DNA from: Candidatus Vogelbacteria bacterium RIFOXYD1_FULL_46_19
GTDB taxonomy: Bacteria > Patescibacteriota > Minisyncoccia > Phycocordibacterales > XYD1-FULL-46-19
NCBI GenBank assembly: GCA_001824825.1
Contig: MHTK01000004.1
Location: 1-61,503, forward strand
Length of the DNA: 61,503 nucleotides
Reading direction: 5' to 3'
Shown one piece after another: positions 37,644 to 45,640 of the stretch. The notes beneath the pieces are model-generated. The model was not told the origin of the DNA and made no database searches. It worked only from the letters and a program-made list of their open reading frames with translations. Each line of letters opens with the position of its first letter. Positions within the stretch are counted from its first letter, which is position 1. Position numbers and translations under genes: made by a program.

Positions 37644-38428
37644 TGGATTTTGAGTGGACAATGTCGGTGTTTGCCCTTCTCGGCGGCTTATTGCCAGCCT
37701 TAGTTTGGTTGTGGTTTTGGCTCCGGGAAGATAAAGCTCGGCCCGAGCCTAGCGGCCTTATCCTTAGCGTGTTCCTGGCCGGTGGCTTTGGGGTAGTGAT
37801 GGCCTTTTTTCTCCAACGTTTGACTAATAACGGTTTACATAATTTAGGTTGGGACAATTTCAGCTTGTTAAATCCGACTCTTACCCGTGACTTCTTTTTT
37901 TCTTCTATTGGTTTCTTGGCTTTATGGGCCGCCATTGAGGAGGTAATGAAACTTTTAGCCGCTTACTTTATCGCTTTTCGGCACCACAGTTTCGATGAGC
38001 CAATTGACGCTATGATCTATCTGATCGTAGCAGCCATTGGCTTTTCGGCCGTTGAAAATTCCTTGTTCCTACTCAACACAATAATGTCGGGGGAAACCAA
38101 CTTATTCTTTGCCCTGACCGGCAACTTACGCTTCCTGGGTGCCACCGTCGTTCACATTGTCAGTTCCAGCTTGGTCGGTGGCATGATTGCCCTCTCCTTC
38201 TGTCACCCGCGCTTAACCAAAGTAATGGCGGCCACCATTGGTTTGTGCACTGCTACTATCTTGCACACTGTCTTTAACTTTTTTATAATTACCTCTAGTG
38301 GACAGGAGATGCTTCAGATTTTTGCCTTGCTCTGGCTCCTGGCAATTTTCATTATTTACTTTTTTGAAAAAGTGAAAAACATTATTTGCTCGACTCCCAC
38401 TCCGGATATTAATCCTATTAACCAATAA
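37643..38428 (+). CDS. PrsW-family glutamic-type intramembrane protease
   Basis: EEVMK, GFSAVEN, HIVSS, LHTVFN; multiple TMs. Confidence 0.88.
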   Translation: MDFEWTMSVFALLGGLLPALVWLWFWLREDKARPEPSGLILSVFLAGGFGVVMAFFLQRLTNNGLHNLGWDNFSLLNPTLTRDFFFSSIGFLALWAAIEEVMKLLAAYFIAFRHHSFDEPIDAMIYLIVAAIGFSAVENSLFLLNTIMSGETNLFFALTGNLRFLGATVVHIVSSSLVGGMIALSFCHPRLTKVMAATIGLCTATILHTVFNFFIITSSGQEMLQIFALLWLLAIFIIYFFEKVKNIICSTPTPDINPINQ

Positions 38429-38438
38429 TCTAAAAGTT

Positions 38439-38897
38439 ATGTCTAAAGATCGACGATCCTTCTTTGAACGCATTACTGGCACCATTTCCGTGGCCGATGA
38501 TGAGGAAAACTACGAGGAAATAGTCCCGGAACCAACCCGCCCCGAGCCGGAGTGGGTGGAAGAAGAGGAAGGCGAGCTCTCGGTGGATGTGTATCAAACG
38601 CCGAGCGAGATTATTATCCAAACCATGGTGGCTGGCGTTAAACCGGAGGATTTAAATATTTCCATTACGCGCGAAATGGTAACAATTAAGGGTACTAGGG
38701 AAGCTGTGCGAACCATTTCCGATGAGGATTACTTCCAGCGAGAATTGTACTGGGGCTCATTCTCCCGCACTATTTTACTTCCAGCCGAGATTGAAACCGA
38801 AGAGGCCGAAGCAGCCGAAAAGAATGGGCTGTTAACGATTCGCTTGCCAAAGATTGACAAGGATAAGACAGCCAAGTTGAAGGTCAAGACGAGTTAA
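38439..38897 (+). CDS. Hsp20/alpha-crystallin small heat-shock protein
   Basis: LSVDVYQT, AGVKPEDLNI, ELYWGSFSRTILLP, NGLLTIRLPK. Confidence 0.93.
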   Translation: MSKDRRSFFERITGTISVADDEENYEEIVPEPTRPEPEWVEEEEGELSVDVYQTPSEIIIQTMVAGVKPEDLNISITREMVTIKGTREAVRTISDEDYFQRELYWGSFSRTILLPAEIETEEAEAAEKNGLLTIRLPKIDKDKTAKLKVKTS

Positions 38898-38940
38898 GAT
38901 TAGTTTAAACTAAAAAATACCCGTGAGGGTATTTTTTTGA

Positions 38941-39088
38941 TGGGGGGCGGGCGATCTCACTCGTCGCTTCGCTCCTCTTTGAGAACCCACGGTTCTCAAC
39001 GTCTCTTCGCTTAAGCTCGGTCTGCTCTCCTCCACGGAAAAACTAGAGTTTTTCCGACCCTTTTCCTGTTCGAGCCCGCCCCCAAGCA
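38941..39088 (-). repeat. tRNA-anchored mini-element (distinct core) tailored to tRNA-Phe
   Basis: Minus strand: TGCTTGGGGGCGGGCTCGAAC antisense arm, GGAAAAACT..AGTTTTTCC and TTGAGAACC..GGTTCTCAA hairpins, sense GATCGCCCGCCCCCCA. Confidence 0.85.
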
Positions 39089-39113
39089 AAAACACCCTTA
39101 CGGGTGTTTTTTG

Positions 39114-39186
39114 TGCTTGGGGGCGGGCTCGAACCGCCGACCCTTCGCTCTTCAGGCGAATGCTCTACCAACTGAGCTACCCAAGC
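39114..39186 (-). tRNA. tRNA-Phe(GAA)
   Basis: GCTTGGG/CCCAAGC acceptor, TTCGC-CTGAAGA-GCGAA, GGTTCGAGCCC. Confidence 0.93.
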
Positions 39187-39192
39187 AAATAA

Positions 39193-39441
39193 TTAGTTGT
39201 TCCCCGGTAAAGATAATCCCTGAAACAAGCCGTTAACTTGACTATAGGCGGCTAAAACCTGCTCTAAATAGGGCTGAAGATAGTAGTAGGCCCAGAGAGT
39301 CGCTCCAGCAAAAATTAGCCATTTAATCACCGCATAAAGGGCCTCTAATCGCCGGTAGCGTAGGAGCTTTTTCAACATCCGGCGATTATCACAAGCTAGA
39401 GTTTCAATCGCCTCTAGGCGCTGTTCCAATTCGGCTTCCAT
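39193..39441 (-). CDS. Hypothetical single-TM coiled-coil protein
   Basis: 82-aa ORF with one TM. Confidence 0.7.
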   Translation of the reverse strand: MEAELEQRLEAIETLACDNRRMLKKLLRYRRLEALYAVIKWLIFAGATLWAYYYLQPYLEQVLAAYSQVNGLFQGLSLPGNN

Positions 39442-39507
39442 ATCGTTTGCCAGTATAACCGATTAGGCCCTAAAAATCAAAAAATAGGTGCTAAAAAATG
39501 TCCGTCC

Positions 39508-40131
39508 CTACTCGCATTTTAAGACATTTAAACATTGACCTTGCTGTGGTTCAGGCAGCTTAGCACAAGCTGTACATTGCTCGGCATTACCACTTAGGCT
39601 AGCGCCGGCCGGTGTGCTGGCGCCCATCAGGGCCGACAAATCGGTAAATTCAATATTACCTGGTAATTCAAAAACAGCTGAGTCGGTAGACCAGTCTTCA
39701 CAACTATAAGTAACATTCTCGTCATCTAAATTAACTGGGCTTGACCGCAAATTACTTTCTGTGGTGGTAGATAAGTCCAGAGCCATGGTCATACCCTTGG
39801 TATCGTCCTCCAGCCACACATAAACCTGACCACTTTTGACAATCACATGGCCATTTTGGGTCGTAGACGCCACTTCCGACTCGAAGTCGGTTCTCATCTG
39901 CCTGTCGGCCACGTAAACCGTGCCGGTGGTGGTAAATTCATCCGCCAACTGACTGAAGGTACAAACTTGAGGCTGATCTACTGACAGCAACTCTCGCAAG
40001 GTTTTAGGGGTCGTCTCTGTTACAACTTCATCTTCAGACTGCGGTGCCTTCGTTTCTGTAGACCAAGCGAACCAGGCCAAACCAATGACAGCAATAATGG
40101 CGACGAGGGATAAAATATGGGTTTTGGACAT
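39508..40131 (-). CDS. Hypothetical exported protein with Cys pairs
   Basis: N-terminal anchor; VCTF...YSCEDW..FELP; C-terminal CTACAKLP...C...C. Confidence 0.75.
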   Translation of the reverse strand: MSKTHILSLVAIIAVIGLAWFAWSTETKAPQSEDEVVTETTPKTLRELLSVDQPQVCTFSQLADEFTTTGTVYVADRQMRTDFESEVASTTQNGHVIVKSGQVYVWLEDDTKGMTMALDLSTTTESNLRSSPVNLDDENVTYSCEDWSTDSAVFELPGNIEFTDLSALMGASTPAGASLSGNAEQCTACAKLPEPQQGQCLNVLKCE

Positions 40132-40195
40132 ACGATTTATTAACTTATGAGTACACAGTTGATATCAGACTATTTTAGCATATTTAGGAGTTTTA

Positions 40196-40472
40196 TGCCC
40201 TCGGCAGGAATCTCCCCCAACGGGGGCTGGTATTTTTCGTCTCGCTCGCTTGGTAAAGCTCACTCTCATCGAAAAACCATTCGATTCCTGACGCAAAACA
40301 AGCCCTAAAGCCATCCAGCACGGAGTAGGCCAGTTGTTTTACCTAACTCGGCAGGAATCTCCTTCGACTCAAAATTTGGCCGTTGCCAAATTTTGGTCTA
40401 GGCACCCCCTCGCGCCAAAATTCTACTGAATTTTGACTTCGTGCGCTCCGGCGTTCGATTCCTGCCGAGGGC
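40196..40472 (-). repeat. Two tandem tRNA-anchored mini-elements (class B at 40347-40472, class C at 40196-40292) tailored to tRNA-Arg
   Basis: CAGGAATCGAA ... AGATTCCTGCCGAG arms twice; cores CCGGAGCGCACGAAGTC.. and TTTTTCG..CGAAAAA-TACCAG-CCCCC-GTT-GGGGG. Confidence 0.85.
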
Positions 40473-40521
40473 TACAAACCAATAGTCGCAAAATGTATCC
40501 ACATTTTGCTCGTTTGTTTTG

Positions 40522-40593
40522 TGCCCTCGGCAGGAATCGAACCCACATTAATCCCTTAGGACGGGACTGTTCTATCCATTGAACTACGAGGGC
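40522..40593 (-). tRNA. tRNA-Arg(CCT)
   Basis: GCCCTCG/CGAGGGC acceptor, TCCC-GTCCTAA-GGGA, GGTTCGATTCC. Confidence 0.93.
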
Positions 40594-40669
40594 GGAATTA
40601 ATTAAACAAACAGGATACCCAAGTTCGGTATCCTGCTCATTTTGGCACAAGTTGCGACTTTAAGAAAGA

Positions 40670-40906
40670 CTACAAGCCAAGGGCGGAGCGAATACCACTC
40701 TCATCGAAACCGACAATGATTTGATCATCAATCATAATCACCGGCACACCCATCTGACCGCTTTTTTCTACCATCTCTCGGGCTTTAGCCTGGTCGACAG
40801 CGACATCATACTCTTCAAAAGCTACATTATTAGTCTTGAAAAAGTCCTTAGCCAAATGGCAAAAGTGACAAGTCGGCGTAGTATACATAACTACTTTTTT
40901 ATCCAT
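40670..40906 (-). CDS. Glutaredoxin-like protein (NrdH/YruB type)
   Basis: YTTPTCHFC CxxC, SGQMGVPVI, IVGFD. Confidence 0.92.
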   Translation of the reverse strand: MDKKVVMYTTPTCHFCHLAKDFFKTNNVAFEEYDVAVDQAKAREMVEKSGQMGVPVIMIDDQIIVGFDESGIRSALGL

Positions 40907-40939
40907 AATAAGTAAGCAGATTTAGTATTAATGGGGCTA

Positions 40940-41233
40940 TTATAGCACACCCTCCAAGTAGGCTGAAATATCATCCTCCCGGCTGGTTTTATTGGGTTTT
41001 TCATAACCACAGTCTAAACAACGGTGAAGTACTACAAAACTCTCTCCGGCCTTTGATAGAGCTTCCGGGGCCATGAGACCCCCACAGACGGCCGCTCGGT
41101 CTCCCGGATTGACATCAACATGCTTGCTCCACAGGCAGTGGGGGCAATGGTTGGTATAGCCATTACCCTCGACCAGCTCCCTGCAATGCTCGCAAGTAAA
41201 ATCTTCTTGATGTTTGATGAAATTTTGGGCCAT
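40940..41233 (-). CDS. RNHCP-domain protein
   Basis: FTCEHC, YTNHCPHCLWSKHVD..PGDRAAVCGGLM, HRCLDCG. Confidence 0.9.
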   Translation of the reverse strand: MAQNFIKHQEDFTCEHCRELVEGNGYTNHCPHCLWSKHVDVNPGDRAAVCGGLMAPEALSKAGESFVVLHRCLDCGYEKPNKTSREDDISAYLEGVL

Positions 41234-41297
41234 GATTGAACGAACTTTTGAGCTCCTTGTTTTAGTTGGATGCCATAAATCTTTATCAAAGTTGAAA

Positions 41298-41425
41298 GGG
41301 TAGGGAGATCGGTCACAACTCTTCTGCTTCGATAAATCTACGCTACGAAGGTCGCGACCCCGCCTCGCGCCGGAGTCCTGCTGGTCTCCGACTTCGTGCG
41401 CTCCGGCTTTCGATTCTCCCTACCC
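41298..41425 (-). repeat. tRNA-anchored mini-element (class B) tailored to tRNA-Gly
   Basis: Minus strand: GGGTAGGGAGAATCGAA, GCCGGAGCGCACGAAGTC..GGCGCGAGG, sense GATCTCCCTACCC. Confidence 0.85.
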
Positions 41426-41475
41426 ACTACTAAAACATACTCCCTCGAACCGGCAGTTCGAGCTCCTTGTTTTAG

Positions 41476-41546
41476 TGCGGGTAGGGAGAATCGAACTCCC
41501 GTCTCAACCTTGGGAAGGTCGCGTCATACCACTAAACTATACCCGC
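41476..41546 (-). tRNA. tRNA-Gly(CCC)
   Basis: GCGGGTA/TACCCGC acceptor, GACC-TTCCCAA-GGTT, AGTTCGATTCT. Confidence 0.93.
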
Positions 41547-41550
41547 TTTG

Positions 41551-41943
41551 TTAAAACCACCAGTTTTTAATCGCCTCGACTGATCGCCGCCACCATGACT
41601 CTCCGGCCGACCAGTCCTCACCATTAGTACTAGTTCCCACCCCATCCACTACCACAATCAGATTCTCCCCCGGAGCAATAACCGAAAAATTTTTCCTAAT
41701 TTCTTCTTCTTGCCCCCGCGCTGTCGACAACCACTCCACCCGCTTCTCCAGTTGCCGCTGTTGATCTTCGAGTTCAAAGAGCGAGGCCCTGGCTTGATCT
41801 TTCCCCGCCTCGGCCAAGCTGTTTTTACGATAAGCCCCCCATAAAGCTTTACTCATTAGTAAAACCAGAACTACTAACACCACAATTGTCACCTTGGAGT
41901 ATAAAAAGTGTCTAAGCCGCCGACGGCCTTGAAATTCCTTCAT
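41551..41943 (-). CDS. Septum formation initiator (FtsB/DivIC-like)
   Basis: Basic N-terminus, one TM, coiled coil, EEEIRKNFSVIAPGENLI. Confidence 0.75.
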   Translation of the reverse strand: MKEFQGRRRLRHFLYSKVTIVVLVVLVLLMSKALWGAYRKNSLAEAGKDQARASLFELEDQQRQLEKRVEWLSTARGQEEEIRKNFSVIAPGENLIVVVDGVGTSTNGEDWSAGESWWRRSVEAIKNWWF

Positions 41944-41966
41944 AATTTAGCTTATACTACTACAGT

Positions 41967-42080
41967 ATGTTATTTGGACGCAAACAACAGAAATACGTGC
42001 GAGTACTGGCCATTATCGTCGGGGTCCTGGTGATCATCAGCATGGTGGCCTTTTATTCTTTCCCCGCCTTACTCGGCTGA
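41967..42080 (+). CDS. 37-aa single-TM small protein (MLFGRKQQKYVRVLAIIVGVLVIISMVAFYSFPALLG)
   Basis: Manual translation; basic N-terminus plus TM; TATACT -10-like motif upstream; overlaps the lepA 3' end by 12 bp. Confidence 0.55.
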   Translation: MLFGRKQQKYVRVLAIIVGVLVIISMVAFYSFPALLG

Positions 42081-43871
42081 TTTCATCATTTTCAAAAATA
42101 CCTGCTGGGGGATATTAACTTTCCCCAGTTGTTGCATCTTTTTCTTACCTTTTTTCTGCTTTTCCCGTAATTTCATTTTGCGCGTAATATCACCCCCGTA
42201 TAAATAATCGGTTACATCTTTGCGTAAAGCCGCAATAGTCCTAGAGGCTAAAATCCGCCCCAGGGCTTGCGCTTGAATTTTAATAGTGATTAACTGCCGC
42301 GGCAGTAAATTTTTTAATTTATTCACCGCCTCCTCGGCTTCAGTCTGAACCCGCCGCCTGGCGATAACCCGCGAAAAAGCCGGGATAACTTCACTGTTGA
42401 TTAAAATATCAAGCCTAGCCACGTCGGCCAGGCGCTTATCCACCCGTTCATAAGAAAAACTAGCAAAGCCCGATGTCGCACTTTTAAGTTCATCAAAAAA
42501 GTTGCGCATCAATTCCCGTAAAGGCATAGAAATGGTTAGGGTCGCCCGCTTATCACCAAAATTTTCCATATCCCGAATTTCTCCCTCGTGATCATGCAAA
42601 ATCGGCATCAGACTGTTTAAATAATCCGTCGGCAAAATTAGCTTGACCGAAACCCAAGTTTCTCTAACTTCCTTGTTCTTTAAATCTTCCGGAAACAAAT
42701 GGGGGGTATAAACGGTATCAGTCTCACCAGTTTTATCATCTTTAATGTCATAGCTAATAGTGGGCGTGGCGATAATCAGTTGCAAATTAAACTCTCGCTT
42801 CAAGCGCTCACTAATTATTTCTAAGTGTAGCATTCCCAAAAAGCCACAACGAAAACCCCGCCCCAAAGACCCGGAAGCTTCTTCCTCAAACGATAAAGAT
42901 GAATCCTCGAGTTGAAGCCGGAGCAAAGCTTGACGGAGAAGGGAAAAATCATCCTGACCCTCCGGATAAATACTGGCCCACACCACCGGTGATGGCGTCA
43001 TATAACCCGGTATGGCCGTCACTGGCTCCTTAGTGCCCATTAAAGTGTCCCCCACTTTCGTTCCGCCAGCTTGTTTAATACCGGTTACCACGTAGCCAAT
43101 CTCGCCGGCCTTAATCGTCTCCACTGGGGTTTTAAAGGGAGCAAAGGTTCCCACTTCCAAAATGGTAAATTTTTCACCCGACGCGGCAAAAGTAATACTA
43201 TCACCTTTTTTAAGTGAGCCGTCGAAAACTCGAGTGTAAACAATCACTCCTCGATGCGTCGAATACTCAAAATCAAACACTAGAGCGCGAGTAGGAACAC
43301 TAGCCACTTGAGCCGGGGCCGGTATACCGCGCATAATTGCCTCAAACAACTCCGGAACACCGGCCCCAGTTTTACCGGAAACTTTAATAATATCAGCCGG
43401 GTCACAACCTAAAAGCTCCACCACCTCTTCAATGACTTTATCGATGGCGGCACTGGGTAAATCGATCTTATTAATAACTGGAATAATAATTAAATTCTCA
43501 GCTCGTGCCATATCGAGGACACTTAAAGTCTGGGCCTGCACTCCTTGAGTGGCGTCCACCAGGAGCAAAACCCCCTCCACCGCCTTCAAGGCCCGTGACA
43601 CCTCATAGGAAAAGTCGATATGGCCCGGGGTATCAATGAGGTTAAGAATGTAAGTCTCGCCCGAGGAGTGGTCCCGATAGGTCATACGCACGGGTTGCAT
43701 TTTGATAGTAATCCCCCGCTCACGCTCGAGCTCCATCGAGTCCAAGACCTGCTCCTTCATCTTTCTTTTTTCTATCGTCGCTGTGTGCTCCAACATCCGA
43801 TCGGCCAAAGTCGACTTACCGTGGTCTATGTGGGCAATGATGGAAAAATTACGGATATTATTACTAGACAT
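42069..43871 (-). CDS. lepA: Elongation factor 4
   Basis: IRNFSIIAHIDHGKSTLADR, ERERGITIK, GFRCGFLGMLHLEI, CTD GGDITRKMKL. Confidence 0.97.
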   Translation of the reverse strand: MSSNNIRNFSIIAHIDHGKSTLADRMLEHTATIEKRKMKEQVLDSMELERERGITIKMQPVRMTYRDHSSGETYILNLIDTPGHIDFSYEVSRALKAVEGVLLLVDATQGVQAQTLSVLDMARAENLIIIPVINKIDLPSAAIDKVIEEVVELLGCDPADIIKVSGKTGAGVPELFEAIMRGIPAPAQVASVPTRALVFDFEYSTHRGVIVYTRVFDGSLKKGDSITFAASGEKFTILEVGTFAPFKTPVETIKAGEIGYVVTGIKQAGGTKVGDTLMGTKEPVTAIPGYMTPSPVVWASIYPEGQDDFSLLRQALLRLQLEDSSLSFEEEASGSLGRGFRCGFLGMLHLEIISERLKREFNLQLIIATPTISYDIKDDKTGETDTVYTPHLFPEDLKNKEVRETWVSVKLILPTDYLNSLMPILHDHEGEIRDMENFGDKRATLTISMPLRELMRNFFDELKSATSGFASFSYERVDKRLADVARLDILINSEVIPAFSRVIARRRVQTEAEEAVNKLKNLLPRQLITIKIQAQALGRILASRTIAALRKDVTDYLYGGDITRKMKLREKQKKGKKKMQQLGKVNIPQQVFLKMMKSAE

Positions 43872-43955
43872 ATAGAAAATTTCACTCCGGGGCCAATTTA
43901 TTGGTTGCCGAATTATCTTATACTAACCCAAAAAAGCTTTAAATCAATAGAGATC

Positions 43956-45632
43956 TTAAAGTTCCTCCTGGTCCACTCGAATAGGCTGAGGCCAGAGTTT
44001 ACTAGAGCCCGCTCTAATTACTTCCAATAACTCTACACTTTTCAAAAACCATAAGAGAGCTACTCCCCCAACAACTCCAGCCAAACCAGCTAGTAAGCCA
44101 TGAGCAAAAATACCCCAATAAGTCTCCAGATTAAGCCAGGGCGCGAGTACAGCTAAAAATCGATAAGCTATAAAACCGGCCACAATAGCGGCCGCGCCCG
44201 ACCGAAAACAAGATTGATAAAGATATGGTTTAAAGCGGCCAAAGCGGCGTTGAAATAAAATCCAGTAAGCACTCATATTAACGATTAGGCCAAGGGAAAA
44301 AGCCAGCGGCAACATTAAAATACTACTACCGCTTAAGTCTTCCACTCGTAAGAGACTCTCAATAAAGTAGCGAAATAAATCCACCTGATTAAATAATCTA
44401 ACTAAAACTACCGCCGCCGCCATAATGAAAATGGAGGAACCGGCGTTAACCAAGAGCGGTAATTTGGTTTCATTACTGGCATAGTAAGCGCGGACGAAAA
44501 GTTGGACTAAACCTTGAGCGGCCACTGATACAATAAACAAAGCCAGGGCGGCCGCTACTAAACGCGTATCCGACCAAGAAAAGTTGCCGGCCCCCAGTAC
44601 CACTCGAACAATGTGGGCTCGAAGCACCACAAATAGTACCAAGGCCGGCAGAGACCAAAACAAAATATGACGAATGGCTGTTTCAATTTTACCAACAAAT
44701 TCCGCCTGCTGACCTTTGGAAAAAAGAACAGCCAGAGTCGGAAAGGCGGCTACCGAGTAGCTAACGCCAACCACAATTAAAGGTACGGACTGTAAATTGA
44801 AGGCTAAATTAAAAATTGTAATCGAACCCACCGCCATTAAAGAACCCAGGGCCACCAATAGGGCCAGAGAAATTTGGTAAGTAGCTAAGGTTAAAGTTCG
44901 TGGCAAAGAGATCGAAAAGACTTCCTTAATCGACCGCCAGTCAATACTAAGACGGAGTCTGGGCACCAGACCCAGTTGATAGACACTAGGAATTTGAATG
45001 GCTAAATGTAAAGCCGCTCCCAAAACAACTCCAAAGACTAAGCCCACCAACCCCCACTGCGGATAAAAGGCAATAATACCGATGATGATACCAACATTAT
45101 AAAAAACCGGACTAAGAGTGTAGGCAAAAAACTTCTTGTAAGTTTGAGTCACACTGCCCAAGAGATTGGAAATCCCCAATAAAAAAGGTGATAGAAGCAA
45201 AATCCGCGACAGGGTTGTTAATTCGGCTAAAGCCGAAGCGCTAAAGCCGGGAGCCAGGAGTGGCGAGAGAAGCGGCATTAAAATATACAAGATGACACTA
45301 ACCACTATCATTAAGACACAAAAGACTGTAAACAAACCACTCAGAAAAATCACCGCCGCCTCACGACCACCATCCCGCTGCTCTCGTATAATAAAAGGAA
45401 TCAAAACGGTTACCGACACAAAAGAGGCCAAGGAAACGTACATCAGATCCGGAATCCGAAAAGCAGTGTAGTAAATATCCAGTTCTAACCCAGCCCCGAA
45501 AGTTCCCGCGAGTAGCCGATCACGCAGCAAGGACAAAATTTGCGCCAGTAAAGAAAAACTACCCAAGAGAAAGGCGGCCTGGTGTAGGCCGCCCCACTCC
45601 TTATAAAACAACTTAAAAAACCGATCAACCAT
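43956..45632 (-). CDS. murJ: Lipid II flippase MurJ
   Basis: SLLRDRLLAGTFGAG..LDIYYTAFRIPD, many TMs. Confidence 0.9.
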   Translation of the reverse strand: MVDRFFKLFYKEWGGLHQAAFLLGSFSLLAQILSLLRDRLLAGTFGAGLELDIYYTAFRIPDLMYVSLASFVSVTVLIPFIIREQRDGGREAAVIFLSGLFTVFCVLMIVVSVILYILMPLLSPLLAPGFSASALAELTTLSRILLLSPFLLGISNLLGSVTQTYKKFFAYTLSPVFYNVGIIIGIIAFYPQWGLVGLVFGVVLGAALHLAIQIPSVYQLGLVPRLRLSIDWRSIKEVFSISLPRTLTLATYQISLALLVALGSLMAVGSITIFNLAFNLQSVPLIVVGVSYSVAAFPTLAVLFSKGQQAEFVGKIETAIRHILFWSLPALVLFVVLRAHIVRVVLGAGNFSWSDTRLVAAALALFIVSVAAQGLVQLFVRAYYASNETKLPLLVNAGSSIFIMAAAVVLVRLFNQVDLFRYFIESLLRVEDLSGSSILMLPLAFSLGLIVNMSAYWILFQRRFGRFKPYLYQSCFRSGAAAIVAGFIAYRFLAVLAPWLNLETYWGIFAHGLLAGLAGVVGGVALLWFLKSVELLEVIRAGSSKLWPQPIRVDQEEL

Positions 45633-45640
45633 GACTAAAG

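Noticed and set aside
5679-41546. Group I or II introns in tRNAs
   Set aside because: All 11 full tRNAs fold at normal length with uninterrupted anticodon loops, and no intron core motifs were seen.
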